Assembly (NCBI GenBank): GCA_003208875.1
Contig: QCUR01000002.1
Coordinates: forward strand, 244,401-308,400
Origin: Prochlorococcus sp. AG-679-M23
GTDB lineage: Bacteria > Cyanobacteriota > Cyanobacteriia > PCC-6307 > Cyanobiaceae
Length of the DNA stretch: 64,000 nucleotides
Direction of reading: 5' to 3'
Position 1 is the stretch's first letter. Every line of letters starts with the position of its first letter. Shown piece after piece: positions 44,440 to 58,205 of the stretch. The translations under genes and the position numbers were made by a program. A model generated the notes under the pieces. The model was not told the origin of the DNA, ran no database searches, and saw only the letters and a list, made by a program, of their open reading frames with translations.

Positions 44440-45401
44440 CCTGCCAATACCGAGAGCACAGCTTCTGATCCGATTATTCCCACGAATCCTCCAAATTCAT
44501 CTACTACTACTTTCACTCCTTTATGATCCTTGTCAAATCTTGTTAACAACTTGTCTACTTTTATCATTTCTGGGATGTAGTCGACAGGATCACATAATTC
44601 AGATATTAATTTTTTATTTTCTCCTTTAATAAGACTAGTTAGTAAGTTCTCACGTTTTGCTATCCCTTGAACTTTATCAACTTTATCTCCCAAAACAACC
44701 CACCATGGAGAATTATTTGAAATTAGAAGTTTTGAAATTTTATCAAGATTTGAGGACCCATCAAGACTAGGTGCTGATACTCTTGGGATCATTAAATCTT
44801 TTGCTTTTAAGTCATTTAATTGAAAAACCTTAAGTATCATTTCTGCTTCATCAGCCTCTATAAATCCCTTCTGTGAGCCAATTTTCGCCATTTGTCTAAT
44901 CTCTGCTTCATCGGTCGATATTTCGTTCTCCGCAGTTATAACAGGAAATAATTGTTCTATTAATAATAAAAATGGCCTCATTGAAGTATTTAACATCCTC
45001 AAAATAGGAACAGAAAACATAGCTATTTGCAGGGAAAATCTTGTACCTAATGCTTTTGGAAGTACTTCGCCAAGTAATACAACTAATATATAAAAAACGA
45101 TTGAAAATAATGTTAAACCCAAACTACTTTTAATTATTAGGGCCCCATAGACTCCTAAAAGGAGACTACCAATTATGTTAAACCCATTATTAGTTATGGT
45201 AATTACAGTTAAAGTTCTCCCAAGATGTTTTCTAAGTTTAAGTAATTGATTTGCAGAACTCTTGGGTTTTTGTTTTGATGCTAATTCTAAAATCCTTATT
45301 GAATTGACTGCTAAAAAAGCTGCTTCTACTCCTGAACAACATGCTGAACCTACTAAAATTATAATTATAAGTAAAATTAGAATGTAGACATTTGGTTCCA
45401 T
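44424..45401 (-). CDS. CNNM/DUF21-CBS domain membrane protein
   Basis: SGVEAAF, GEVLPK, MIPR, VVDEFGG. Confidence 0.88.
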   Translation of the reverse strand: MEPNVYILILLIIIILVGSACCSGVEAAFLAVNSIRILELASKQKPKSSANQLLKLRKHLGRTLTVITITNNGFNIIGSLLLGVYGALIIKSSLGLTLFSIVFYILVVLLGEVLPKALGTRFSLQIAMFSVPILRMLNTSMRPFLLLIEQLFPVITAENEISTDEAEIRQMAKIGSQKGFIEADEAEMILKVFQLNDLKAKDLMIPRVSAPSLDGSSNLDKISKLLISNNSPWWVVLGDKVDKVQGIAKRENLLTSLIKGENKKLISELCDPVDYIPEMIKVDKLLTRFDKDHKGVKVVVDEFGGFVGIIGSEAVLSVLAGWWKE

Positions 45402-45475
45402 TAAAAAGATTAGTTTTTAAATATCTTGTAATTCATTCTTCCATTTTTTTATAAAATTCGCCAATCCAAAATTTT

Positions 45476-46801
45476 ATGTTTAAACCCGACTGTAGAGTAT
45501 TTGAAGAAAGAAGAGAAATTTTCTTCAAAAAATTAAATGGCAAAACTGCTATTATTCCAAGTTCTAGCTTGGTTAGGCATCATGCAGATTGTGAATATCC
45601 TTTTAGACAAGACAGTAATTTTTGGTATCTGACTGGCTTTGATGAGCCTGATTCTGTTGCTCTTTTCTTATCTCATAAGCCAAAAGGGGAAAGGTTTATT
45701 TTGTTTGTTGCTCCAAAGGATATTTTAAGTGAGGTATGGCATGGCTTTAGGTGGGGAATAGAAGGTGCCGAAAGAGAATTTAAGGCTGATAAAGCTCATT
45801 CAATTAATGAGTTTAAGGATCTGCTTCCAGTTTATATTGGTGAATCAGAAGAGATTGTTTATTCAATTGGTAAACATGCCAAAATTGAAAAAATTGTTTT
45901 GGAAACATTTTCTCAACAACAAGAAGCTAGGTCAAGGGTAGGAATAGGAGCAAATTCTATAAAATCGCCTGAAATATATCTCAATGAAATGCGCTTAATT
46001 AAAAGTGATTTTGAAATAAATAGGATGAGAGAGGCTACTCAAATTTCGGCTGAAGCCCATGAATTAGTAAGGGAATCTATTTCATCAAAGAAAAATGAAA
46101 GACAAATTCAAGGATTAATAGAAGGATTCTTTTTAGAAAAAGGTGCAAGAGGTCCTGCTTATAACTCTATCGTTGCTTCAGGTGATAATGCATGTATTTT
46201 GCATTACACATTAAATAACTCTGAATTGAATAAAGGGGATTTATTATTAGTAGATGCAGGTTGTTCATTAATTGATTATTACAATGGTGATATTACAAGA
46301 ACTTTTCCTATCGGAGGTAAATTTTCTAAAGAGCAGAAACTTATTTATGAAATTGTTTTAGAAGCACAAAAAAATGCAATCAAAAATTCTGTTAAAGGAT
46401 CTAATTCTACTAACGTTCATAATGTTGCTTTGAGAATTCTGGTAGAGGGATTAAAAGAAATTGGACTATTAAGAGGAGATACTGATGGAATAATTGAAAA
46501 CGGATCTTATAAACATTTATATATGCATAGAACTGGACATTGGCTTGGTTTAGATGTTCATGATGTTGGAGCATATAGGATGGGAGAATATGATGTTCCC
46601 TTACAGAATGGGATGATACTTACTGTCGAACCAGGTATTTACATAAGTGACAGAATTCCCGTTCCAGAAGGGCAACCTAGTATTGAAGAAAAATGGAAAG
46701 GTATTGGAATAAGAATAGAAGATGATGTACTTGTAAATGAAAAAGAGCCAGAAATTCTTAGCTTCGCCGCACTTAAAGAAATTTCTGATTTAGAGTATTG
46801 A
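45476..46801 (+). CDS. pepP: Xaa-Pro aminopeptidase
   Basis: FRQDSNFWYLTG, DITRT, GHWLGLDVHD, EPG, GIRIEDD. Confidence 0.95.
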   Translation: MFKPDCRVFEERREIFFKKLNGKTAIIPSSSLVRHHADCEYPFRQDSNFWYLTGFDEPDSVALFLSHKPKGERFILFVAPKDILSEVWHGFRWGIEGAEREFKADKAHSINEFKDLLPVYIGESEEIVYSIGKHAKIEKIVLETFSQQQEARSRVGIGANSIKSPEIYLNEMRLIKSDFEINRMREATQISAEAHELVRESISSKKNERQIQGLIEGFFLEKGARGPAYNSIVASGDNACILHYTLNNSELNKGDLLLVDAGCSLIDYYNGDITRTFPIGGKFSKEQKLIYEIVLEAQKNAIKNSVKGSNSTNVHNVALRILVEGLKEIGLLRGDTDGIIENGSYKHLYMHRTGHWLGLDVHDVGAYRMGEYDVPLQNGMILTVEPGIYISDRIPVPEGQPSIEEKWKGIGIRIEDDVLVNEKEPEILSFAALKEISDLEY

Positions 46802-46858
46802 ATATTTGACTTTTACAGTTAATAGATTTAATTTTTTAAGATAATTAAAAATTTTATC

Positions 46859-47017
46859 ATGGATAAAACTAGTTCTTATGATTCTAAATTATCTCAAGCA
46901 AGAGGCTTGGCGAGTCAACTTGGAATGTTTGCAGAAGAAAATGATATTCCTAAAGATCTTTGGGATTCTTTAGAGGCAAAAATTTATGATTTTTATGAAG
47001 TATCTAGAGAAAGATAA
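46859..47017 (+). CDS. Small hypothetical protein, 52 aa
   Basis: Manual translation MDKTSSYDSKLSQARGLASQLGMFAEENDIPKDLWDSLEAKIYDFYEVSRER fills the intergenic gap. Confidence 0.65.
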   Translation: MDKTSSYDSKLSQARGLASQLGMFAEENDIPKDLWDSLEAKIYDFYEVSRER

Positions 47018-47125
47018 GATAAACTTTTAGCGATAATCAATAAATAAAAGCAAGAATTTTTAATCAAAATGATCAATTAGTGACCATTAACTGATAAATT
47101 ATAAAAATAAATCTAATAATACTGA

Positions 47126-47602
47126 ATGACTTCATCAGATAAGGGTAATGAGAATGCTAAGGAGCAGCAAGAACAAAAAAATGTTTCTCAAAAATCAAAA
47201 ATAACCTCACCAAATGCAGGGATGATGGGAGCAAATGCCGTTTTAGCGGCTGCTAAAATTGATGAAGATGGAGTTCCCACAGGCTATACTCCAAAACCAG
47301 ATGAGGGTAGATTTATTATTAAAATCTTATGGTTACCTGATAATGTCGCATTGGCAGTAGATCAAATTGTTGGAGGAGGTCCAAGTCCATTAACTGCTTA
47401 CTATTTTTGGCCAAGAGATGACGCATGGGAAAAATTAAAGAGTGAATTAGAGAGTAAAAGTTGGATTACAGATAATGAAAGAGTTGAAATATTGAATAAA
47501 GCTACTGAAGTAATTAATTACTGGCAAGAAGAAGGTAAAACGAAAAAATTGGAAGAAGCAAAGCTTAAATTTCCTGAAGTTGCTTTCTGCGGAACTGCTT
47601 AA
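47126..47602 (+). CDS. ycf65: 30S ribosomal protein PSRP-3/Ycf65
   Basis: [15 protein letters not shown]...[15 protein letters not shown]. Confidence 0.9.
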   Translation: MTSSDKGNENAKEQQEQKNVSQKSKITSPNAGMMGANAVLAAAKIDEDGVPTGYTPKPDEGRFIIKILWLPDNVALAVDQIVGGGPSPLTAYYFWPRDDAWEKLKSELESKSWITDNERVEILNKATEVINYWQEEGKTKKLEEAKLKFPEVAFCGTA

Positions 47603-47605
47603 AAT

Positions 47606-48010
47606 TTAGTTTTTTGAAGCTTGAATTCTTGCCTCAGCTTTTGATACTTCATTAAGGGCTTTAATCTTTTCTGAACTTTTCTCATTTTCGGGAAATTTAC
47701 TAATTGCGGATTTTGCTTTTTTAAGAGCATCTTCAGCATTTTGGATGTTAATTTCGGAACCAATTTCAGCGCTGTTAACAAGAACTATAACTTCATCTGA
47801 CTCTATTTCAGCAAAGCCACCCATTAAAGCTATAGATTTCCATTTGGAATTCATTCTTAGTCTTAAGACACCAATATCGATAGCCGTAACTAAAGATATA
47901 TGTCCAGGGAGTACCCCAATTTGACCAGTGGTGCTTGGAAGAATTACCTCCTCAGCATCACCTTCGTAAACATTCTGATTTGGAGCTAAAACCTTGAGTG
48001 AAATTGCCAT
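47606..48010 (-). CDS. atpC: ATP synthase F1 epsilon subunit
   Basis: [15 protein letters not shown]. Confidence 0.97.
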
Positions 48011-48058
48011 TAATTTAAATTTTTAGAGAGATTAAAATTATTTATGAAAGTTGATAAT

Positions 48059-49522
<1,464 letters not shown>

Positions 49523-49606
49523 TTATTGACTTGGTGAGGATTAGCTGATTTTAGAACAGCTCATAATGCGAAATATTACCATCCCGAGGGTATATTCGTT
49601 AACTGG

Positions 49607-49622
49607 GTTCGGCCAACCGCAC
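49607..49622 (+). promoter_or_regulatory. K-box upstream of groESL
   Basis: GTTCGGCCAACCGCAC matches the cyanobacterial K-box consensus GTTCGG-NNAN-CCNNAC exactly. Confidence 0.8.
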
Positions 49623-49740
49623 AGTTAAAGAGTGGTTTAATTGCTGCTTAACAGATTATGTTATTTACCATACGGTTTGAGTATTACTCACACCAGACTT
49701 TTTGACGCATAGCGTCGCATTTATGATCCACCATTAATCT

Positions 49741-50052
49741 ATGGCAGCTGTTTCACTTACAGTCTCTACAGTCAAACCACTGGGAGATAGAATATTTATC
49801 AAAGTTTCCGAATCTGAGGAAAAAACTGCTGGTGGCATCCTTTTGCCCGACTCAGCTAAAGAAAAACCACAAGTAGGAGAAGTTGCTCAGGTTGGTCCTG
49901 GGAAGCTTAACGACGATGGTTCTCGACAAACTCCCGAAGTGAGTATTGGCGATAAAGTCTTATACAGCAAATATGCTGGAACTGACATCAAATTGGGAGG
50001 AGATGAGTACGTCTTACTTTCAGAAAAAGATATTTTGGCTGTAGTTGGCTAA
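49741..50052 (+). CDS. groES: Co-chaperonin GroES
   Basis: [22 protein letters not shown]. Confidence 0.98.
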   Translation: MAAVSLTVSTVKPLGDRIFIKVSESEEKTAGGILLPDSAKEKPQVGEVAQVGPGKLNDDGSRQTPEVSIGDKVLYSKYAGTDIKLGGDEYVLLSEKDILAVVG

Positions 50053-50076
50053 TTTATTTGTTTCAAAAATTATTAA

Positions 50077-51738
<1,662 letters not shown>

Positions 51739-51759
51739 ATAACTAAAATTTTTAGTTTT

Positions 51760-51789
51760 AAAGGGATTGTTTTAACTATCCCTTTTTTT
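51760..51789 (+). terminator. Rho-independent terminator after groEL
   Basis: AAAGGGATTGTT-TT-AACTATCCCTTT hairpin followed by a T run; convergent with secG. Confidence 0.8.
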
Positions 51790-51822
51790 ATTTATTTTTA
51801 AAAATAGTTAAATTGGATACTT

Positions 51823-52047
51823 CTATATCCAACCTGCACTAAGAATGATTGCAAGAGATAAAAATATAATTAAGATGGTCCAAGTTATTTTGTTTAGTGA
51901 TGCTTCTGCGCTGCTGGCGCTAGTAAACATTGAGCTTCCACTGGCTGCTATTCCTCCCATACCATCTCCTTTGGGACTATGAAGTAGAACTAAAAGTATT
52001 AGTAGTATTCCAGAACTAACCCATATCCAAGTAAATATTTGACTCAT
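51823..52047 (-). CDS. secG: Preprotein translocase subunit SecG
   Basis: LLHSPKGDGMGG...LNKITW. Confidence 0.93.
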   Translation of the reverse strand: MSQIFTWIWVSSGILLILLVLLHSPKGDGMGGIAASGSSMFTSASSAEASLNKITWTILIIFLSLAIILSAGWI

Positions 52048-52072
52048 ATTTTGTATTTGTTATATATCTAAT

Positions 52073-53695
52073 TTAAACATGTTGAACGACTTTATTAAAT
52101 CCTTTTAATTCGATTTCTTTAATAAGTGATTTTCCTGTCATCTCTTTTGGAATAGGAAGATTTAATAATTGCAATAATGTTGGAGCAATATCTGCTAATC
52201 CTGCATTTTCTCTCAAATAAATCTCATTGCCCATATTTGGAATTTTTCTTTTCTCACCTTCAATAAAAATTAAGGGGACTTTATTAATAGTGTGAGCTGT
52301 CCAGGGTTCTCCATCAGGACCTTTCATTAGTTCAGCGTTGCCATGATCTGCAGTAATAAGAATACTACCTCCCATTTCTCCTGTAGCATTTACTATCTTA
52401 CCTATACATCTATCTACGGTTTCGATGGCCTTTATAGCTGCGGCCATATTACCTGTATGTCCAACCATATCAGGATTAGCAAAATTTATAACTACAAAAG
52501 AATACTGTCCAGTTTTTATAGCATTTGAGCAACTTATAGTTAATTCTTCGGCAGACATTTCCGGAGCCATATCATAAGTTGCAACTCTTGGTGAAGGAAT
52601 TAAATGTCTTTGTTCTCCTGGCGAGGGGACTTCTACTCCTCCATTAAAAAAATAAGTAACATGTGGATATTTTTCGGTCTCTGCTGTTCTGTATTGCTTA
52701 AGTCCATTTTCTGAAACTATTTGGCCAATAAAGTTATTGAGAGACTCAGGAGGGAATGCTATTTTAACGGGTAAATTTGCTTCGTATTGAGTGAAAGTTA
52801 ATATATCTACATCAGGTATAATTTTTCTTTTAAAGTTATTAAATTCTTTTTCCGAAAGAGCTTTTATTATTTGTCTGGCCCTATCTGGACGGAAGTTAAA
52901 ACAAATTAAACTATCTTCATCTTTTAAAAAGTTTTTAGATAATCTTATAGGCTCTAAAAATTCATCTGTAATATTTGCGTTATAACTTTTATTTAAATAA
53001 TCTGCAGGGGAAATATCAATTTTTTTACCATTTGGATCAGTTAAATTTACATAAGCTTTTTCTGTTCTTTCCCATATTAAATTTCTATCCATTATCCAAT
53101 ATCTTCCGCATATAGATGCTATTTCTCCTACATTAAATTCCTTTATGCAATCTTCTATTTGTCTTATGTATTTATAAGCACTTTTTGCTGGAGTATCTCT
53201 ACCATCGGTAATAATGTGAATAGCTACTTTTTCTATATGTTCTTCAGAAGCCCATTTTATTAATCCTAATAAGTGATCAATGTGGCTATGGACCCCTCCA
53301 TCTGAACATAGACCAGTTATGTGTAAAGTACCCTTTTTTTTCTTAATAGAATTAGCCATTTCCTTTAACTCATGTACTTGAGTTAATTGGTTATTTTTTA
53401 CAACATTTGTAATTCTTACAAGTTCTTGTTGAATGATTCTCCCTGATCCAATTGTGAGATGACCCACTTCAGAATTACCCATTTGACCATTGGGTAAACC
53501 TACATCTGCTCCGCTCGCATTAATAAGAGTATGAGGATAGGCGTGCCATAAAGAATCCATTACAGGAGTATTGGCATTTTTTATGGCATTATCTAAATTT
53601 TCTTCACGATGTCCCCATCCGTCCAGAATTGCGAGAACTACTGGACTCTCAGGAACTTTTATTTTATTTATATTCTTGCTGCTAAACTTTGACAT
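52073..53695 (-). CDS. gpmI: 2,3-BPG-independent phosphoglycerate mutase
   Basis: [29 protein letters not shown]. Confidence 0.97.
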   Translation of the reverse strand: MSKFSSKNINKIKVPESPVVLAILDGWGHREENLDNAIKNANTPVMDSLWHAYPHTLINASGADVGLPNGQMGNSEVGHLTIGSGRIIQQELVRITNVVKNNQLTQVHELKEMANSIKKKKGTLHITGLCSDGGVHSHIDHLLGLIKWASEEHIEKVAIHIITDGRDTPAKSAYKYIRQIEDCIKEFNVGEIASICGRYWIMDRNLIWERTEKAYVNLTDPNGKKIDISPADYLNKSYNANITDEFLEPIRLSKNFLKDEDSLICFNFRPDRARQIIKALSEKEFNNFKRKIIPDVDILTFTQYEANLPVKIAFPPESLNNFIGQIVSENGLKQYRTAETEKYPHVTYFFNGGVEVPSPGEQRHLIPSPRVATYDMAPEMSAEELTISCSNAIKTGQYSFVVINFANPDMVGHTGNMAAAIKAIETVDRCIGKIVNATGEMGGSILITADHGNAELMKGPDGEPWTAHTINKVPLIFIEGEKRKIPNMGNEIYLRENAGLADIAPTLLQLLNLPIPKEMTGKSLIKEIELKGFNKVVQHV

Positions 53696-53835
53696 CTCTT
53701 AATTAAAATGCATGGTTTTAATGAAGTAATCTTTAATTTAGCCGTAAAAGCTGTTCCATACAATTTATATGTAATTTAGTTAGCTTTTGCTAATTTTATT
53801 AAGGATATTGAATAAAGTTAATTTTAGGATGAATC

Positions 53836-54378
53836 ATGACCAAACTAGATAAAAAAATCATAATACTTACTGAAGATGAGCTAAGAAAAACTTTCTCTAG
53901 ACTAACTTTCGAAATTATAGAAAAAATCTCAAATTTAGAAAATCTCTTATTGGTTGGTATCCCTACAAGAGGAGTTCATCTTGCTGAAGTTTTGAGAAAA
54001 GAAATGTTGGATAAAACAGGAGTTGATGTAAAGAAAGGAATAATTGACCCAACTTTTTATAGAGATGATCAAAATAGAGTTGGAACTCGTTTAATAGAGG
54101 CAACTGATTTCCCTACATCTATAGAAAAAAAAGATATTGTTTTAATTGATGATGTCATTTATACAGGAAGAACAATTCGAGCTGCAATTGAGGCTCTTCT
54201 TTTATGGGGAAGACCAAAAAGTATTATGTTATTGGTAATGATTGATAGAGGTCATAGAGAACTTCCAATTCAGCCTGATTTTTGCGGAAGAAAAGTTCCT
54301 ACTAGCAAAAAGGAAATTGTTCATTTAAGTCTTAAAGAAGTTGATGGCGAAGATGGTATCTTCTTGGATAAAATTTAA
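53836..54378 (+). CDS. pyrR: PyrR bifunctional regulator/uracil phosphoribosyltransferase
   Basis: GIPTRG, FYRDD, DDVIYTGRT, DRGHRELPI. Confidence 0.95.
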   Translation: MTKLDKKIIILTEDELRKTFSRLTFEIIEKISNLENLLLVGIPTRGVHLAEVLRKEMLDKTGVDVKKGIIDPTFYRDDQNRVGTRLIEATDFPTSIEKKDIVLIDDVIYTGRTIRAAIEALLLWGRPKSIMLLVMIDRGHRELPIQPDFCGRKVPTSKKEIVHLSLKEVDGEDGIFLDKI

Positions 54379-55940
54379 AAGATATTTCCTAAATTAAATA
54401 CACCTAATTCTTTTTCATAAATATCAAGACATCTTAGATAAAGAGATGAATCCTTTTTAATACTGAAATAAAGTTTTAAGCTATCTTCTCCAATTTTACA
54501 ATCATTGTTCAACTTTATTTGAAGAGGTTTTCTATTCCATTTAAATACCTCTTCTTCATTTTGAAATTCTGATAACTTTGGTAATCCATTCTCAAAAGTT
54601 ATATCAAAACTTCTCTTCGTTTTAGTTTCTCCAATAATTATCTCGAAAATGTTCTGACCATCTTTACTGGCTTGAAGAATTAACTCAAATGGTTTTTCTG
54701 TAGGCCATGTTTGGCCTTTATAAAAAATTGGATGCCAGAAATGTTTTTGTTCTCTTTTATTAAATAATCTAATTGATAAGCCTTTAATTAAGATATCTTT
54801 AATCTTTACTCCAGGAGTCATAGCAAGAGCTCCTATTGCTATTGATTCAATTGGTGGCGGAGAATTGATTTGTATTCCTGAAATTTTATTAGTGAACCAC
54901 TCTTTTATTAATGGAATTTGTGTTCCTCCTCCAACCAAAATCACAGAGTTTAAATCATCTAAATTAAAAAATTTTCCTCTAGCCTCATTTAATAAATCCT
55001 TAAGTAGTAAATTTAAGTGACTTAAAAGATTATTCTGCATCAAAATCTTTTCAAAAATTTCTTTACTCATAAAAAATTCTTTTTCTTCGTTTTCTGATGT
55101 AAATAAAGAGATAAGGTATTTTCTCTCAGATTCAATTTCTGGGCCACTAAGCTTACATTTTAATTTTTCTGCTATGGATAAATTTCTCTCATCTTGATTT
55201 GATGGTAAAAAGTAATTAACAATCCACTGATCTATATCTTTACCTCCGACTTTTGAACCCGATTTGCTTATTATTTCAGCACATCTTAATTTTTGCTTTG
55301 ATATTGCACTTACATCCTTTCCTTGGAACTTCAATAGTTCTGCAATAGGTGCAGATTTACCTTCCCCACCTTGTGTTTTGATTACGCTCATATCGATAGT
55401 ACTCCCGCCAATATCGATAATCATAATAATTGAACCTAATGGAACATTCATTCCTATCCCGGCTGCAGTTGGTTCATCAACAAGTGCTACCTCATTAATA
55501 GGCAAACTTTCACATAGACTTATTAACCACTTTCTATAACCCTTATAAGTGTCAATTGGGGCAGTTAAAACGAGCCTTTTAATGTTAAATTCTATTGGAA
55601 TATTTTCCCAAAGAATTTTGAAAAATTTTTCACCTGATTCGATGGGACTTAAAACTTTCTCTTTTTGCCTTTCAAAAGGATTACCTATTAATCTTTTGAA
55701 ATTTGAATGAAAATATTTTTCTGAATAAGATAAATCTTTCTTTTTCATTGCAGATAATCCTATCTTTCCAATATTATCTCCACCTTCGAACCAAACTACT
55801 GATGGGACGACACCAGGAGAAGTCGTAATACCTGGTATTTCTATTAAAATATAATCGCTATCTTTCTCATCTTGAAAAGCTAATACAGTATTAGTATTTC
55901 CCAAATCAAGAGCAAGGGTTCCTGAACAATTATTTTCCAT
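54375..55940 (-). CDS. Hsp70 family (DnaK-like) protein
   Basis: LDLGNTNT, DEPTAA, DIGGSTID, LVGGGTQIP. Confidence 0.88.
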   Translation of the reverse strand: MENNCSGTLALDLGNTNTVLAFQDEKDSDYILIEIPGITTSPGVVPSVVWFEGGDNIGKIGLSAMKKKDLSYSEKYFHSNFKRLIGNPFERQKEKVLSPIESGEKFFKILWENIPIEFNIKRLVLTAPIDTYKGYRKWLISLCESLPINEVALVDEPTAAGIGMNVPLGSIIMIIDIGGSTIDMSVIKTQGGEGKSAPIAELLKFQGKDVSAISKQKLRCAEIISKSGSKVGGKDIDQWIVNYFLPSNQDERNLSIAEKLKCKLSGPEIESERKYLISLFTSENEEKEFFMSKEIFEKILMQNNLLSHLNLLLKDLLNEARGKFFNLDDLNSVILVGGGTQIPLIKEWFTNKISGIQINSPPPIESIAIGALAMTPGVKIKDILIKGLSIRLFNKREQKHFWHPIFYKGQTWPTEKPFELILQASKDGQNIFEIIIGETKTKRSFDITFENGLPKLSEFQNEEEVFKWNRKPLQIKLNNDCKIGEDSLKLYFSIKKDSSLYLRCLDIYEKELGVFNLGNIF

Positions 55941-56041
55941 AACAGATTTCTTATTATTTTTTTAAGTTCGTTTGAAAATTTATAATTTTAATGATGTTAA
56001 TATTAATGTAAACTATATTGTATATTTAAAAATATTTTTTT

Positions 56042-56278
56042 ATGAACGTATCAAATAATTCCAATATTGATCACAATGATCTTGCTAAAAGAGGTGAAAG
56101 TTTAATAAGGAAATCTACTAATAGATACTTAACAACTGTAAGAATTGCTTTTAGAGCTAAACAAAGAAGGTTTGACGATTTTGATGGATTATTAGAAGAA
56201 TCAGCTATTAAACCAGTTCAAAGATCAATTATTGAATTAAGTGATGAACAAGATCAACCAGATTTACTTCCAGGTTAG
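56042..56278 (+). CDS. rpoZ: RNA polymerase omega subunit (Ycf61)
   Basis: [17 protein letters not shown]...[13 protein letters not shown]. Confidence 0.9.
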   Translation: MNVSNNSNIDHNDLAKRGESLIRKSTNRYLTTVRIAFRAKQRRFDDFDGLLEESAIKPVQRSIIELSDEQDQPDLLPG

Positions 56279-56280
56279 CT

Positions 56281-56652
56281 TTGTCATTTGAAGAAAATAA
56301 TTGGAGATTAATTAAAGATACTAAAAAAGGTAAATTTTGTTTTTTGATTGGTGTTAATAATTGGGCTATTGAGTTACAGAAACATGAATTCGAATTGCTA
56401 TATAAATTACTTATAAAACTGAATAATCAATTGTTGGAAATAAACGATGAATTAATGGAGGAAGAGTTTATTAATTTAGAAATAGAACAATTACCTTGGT
56501 ACGCAGAATTGGAGGGTAAAAAATATGGATGGAACCTAAGATTAATATTTGAAAGCTCAGAACAAACTCGATCATTTGAAATGTATTGGCCTATACCAAT
56601 AGCTGAAAATTTATTTTATGAAATAAAAAAAATGTGGGAATCAATGGATTGA
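56281..56652 (+). CDS. DUF1818-like protein
   Basis: WRL...LIGVNNWAIEL...RSFEMYW. Confidence 0.75.
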   Translation: MSFEENNWRLIKDTKKGKFCFLIGVNNWAIELQKHEFELLYKLLIKLNNQLLEINDELMEEEFINLEIEQLPWYAELEGKKYGWNLRLIFESSEQTRSFEMYWPIPIAENLFYEIKKMWESMD

Positions 56653-56715
56653 AAAATTAATTAAATTGGAAATTTTTTGAAAAAATTCCCCGATCTAAAA
56701 ATCTTTTTTAACATC

Positions 56716-56769
56716 TTTTCCACAGCTAATCTCTAAAAAAATATTTGCAGATCAACCTTATGTGGAAAA
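56716..56769. promoter_or_regulatory. Pair of inverted DnaA boxes
   Basis: TTTTCCACA at 56716-56724 and its reverse complement TGTGGAAAA at 56761-56769. Confidence 0.6.
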
Positions 56770-56965
56770 CTTGTAATCATAAGAAATTTTTATATTACTT
56801 ATAAGATTTATATTATTCAAATAAATTCCTATAGAAACCTAGTCTTCTAAAGGGGTCTTATCTTTAATACGAATGAGACATGTATAAATATTAAAAGTTG
56901 ACTATTTACTTTTTTTAGAGAAAACTAATCTCGTGCCCTATTAATCTTTTCCGCCTATTTGAATT

Positions 56966-57217
56966 ATGCAAGAATTAAATTGTGATATTAATCAAAAAAA
57001 TATCAATAATACAGAAGAAATAATTAGCTTTAAATGTGACCTTCATGAAAATCTTCAACAAGCTATGAATAAATTTGTTGAGGATCATCCTAATTGGGAT
57101 CAATATAGAATCTTGCAAGCAGCAATTGCTGGCTTTTTGATGCAAAAAGGATTTCAAAATAGGGATCTCACAAGGCTTTATATAGGTAAAATGTTTTCTA
57201 TGGATTTTGATAACTAA
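56966..57217 (+). CDS. DUF2811-like protein
   Basis: FVEDHPNWDQYRILQAAIAGFL. Confidence 0.8.
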   Translation: MQELNCDINQKNINNTEEIISFKCDLHENLQQAMNKFVEDHPNWDQYRILQAAIAGFLMQKGFQNRDLTRLYIGKMFSMDFDN

Positions 57218-57230
57218 TCAAGAATTAACT

Positions 57231-57692
57231 TTATTTAATTTTCTCTAAGATCAATTTAGCTATTTCTTTTTTTATTGGAATAATAGATAATCTATTACCT
57301 TTCTTAACTAATAACAGTTCCTCCTCATTAAATAAAATTTTTAATTCAGTTAAACTTAAAAAATTACTTGCTTTAAATAGATATTTTACTTTCACACAAT
57401 CCCATCTTGGTTTCTCTTGACTTGATTTAGGGTCATAATATTTTGATTCTTTTTGGAATTGAGTTGGGTCAATAATATTTAGATCGATAACCTCCATAAA
57501 TCCAACGATTCCAGGAGGTTTGCAATTTGAATGGTAAAAAAATACTTTATCTCCAAGAGACATTCTTCTCATAAAATTGCGCGCCTGATAATTTCGGATG
57601 CCATCCCATAAAGTAACTCCATCCTTTTTTAAAGTATCAATACTGTAAGCGTCTGGTTCACTTTTCATTAGCCAGTAGTTTTCTTCAGTCAT
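57231..57692 (-). CDS. EVE domain protein
   Basis: YWLMKSEP, WDGIRNYQARNFM, FFYHS, RLSI. Confidence 0.93.
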   Translation of the reverse strand: MTEENYWLMKSEPDAYSIDTLKKDGVTLWDGIRNYQARNFMRRMSLGDKVFFYHSNCKPPGIVGFMEVIDLNIIDPTQFQKESKYYDPKSSQEKPRWDCVKVKYLFKASNFLSLTELKILFNEEELLLVKKGNRLSIIPIKKEIAKLILEKIK

Positions 57693-57852
57693 ATCAAAGG
57701 ATTTAGAGGAAGTCGCAAATCGTGAACGAATCGTGAATGTAATATCATACTATTCGCTTTTATATATTTATTATCCTGCAAAGTTCCTATTTAGGAAAGT
57801 AAGGGGTGATATGGGTTTTTTTGAATCCTTATGACTATCTTGATATGATTAT

Positions 57853-57933
57853 TTAATGCCAAATTAGCCAAAACAAACCACAACCATAAAGAACACCTAT
57901 AAAAACAATTGCTGGGAGCAGAAAGATTTTCAT
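57853..57933 (-). CDS. Putative 26-aa hydrophobic microprotein
   Basis: MKIFLLPAIVFIGVLYGCGLFWLIWH; start overlaps the upstream stop (ATGA). Confidence 0.45.
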   Translation of the reverse strand: MKIFLLPAIVFIGVLYGCGLFWLIWH

Positions 57934-58100
57934 CGGATTAAAAATTTATCTAAACCATTTTGTTGGACATATCTAAAAAACCAAATAGCAACTGAGAGAT
58001 TTAATAGAACTGTCAGTGATATAGAAATTATTAAAAATTTCTTACCAACCCCTGATTGGGTGGAATTATTTCCTGCTATTGAAATTGACTCAAGTTTCAT
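57930..58100 (-). CDS. Putative 56-aa single-TM microprotein
   Basis: MKLESISIAGNNSTQSGVGKKFLIISISLTVLLNLSVAIWFFRYVQQNGLDKFLIR. Confidence 0.55.
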   Translation of the reverse strand: MKLESISIAGNNSTQSGVGKKFLIISISLTVLLNLSVAIWFFRYVQQNGLDKFLIR

Positions 58101-58205
58101 AAAAAGAAAAGTTAAGTGCTAATAAGTTTATACCATCTTTTAAATATTTATTTTTAGATAAGACTCTGTAATATCAATCGATTTAAAGCTCTTCAAACAC
58201 TATCG

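Noticed and set aside
57231..57692. EVE domain as a modified-DNA defence system
   Set aside because: Stand-alone EVE protein with no fused or adjacent nuclease; appears to be part of the core gene order
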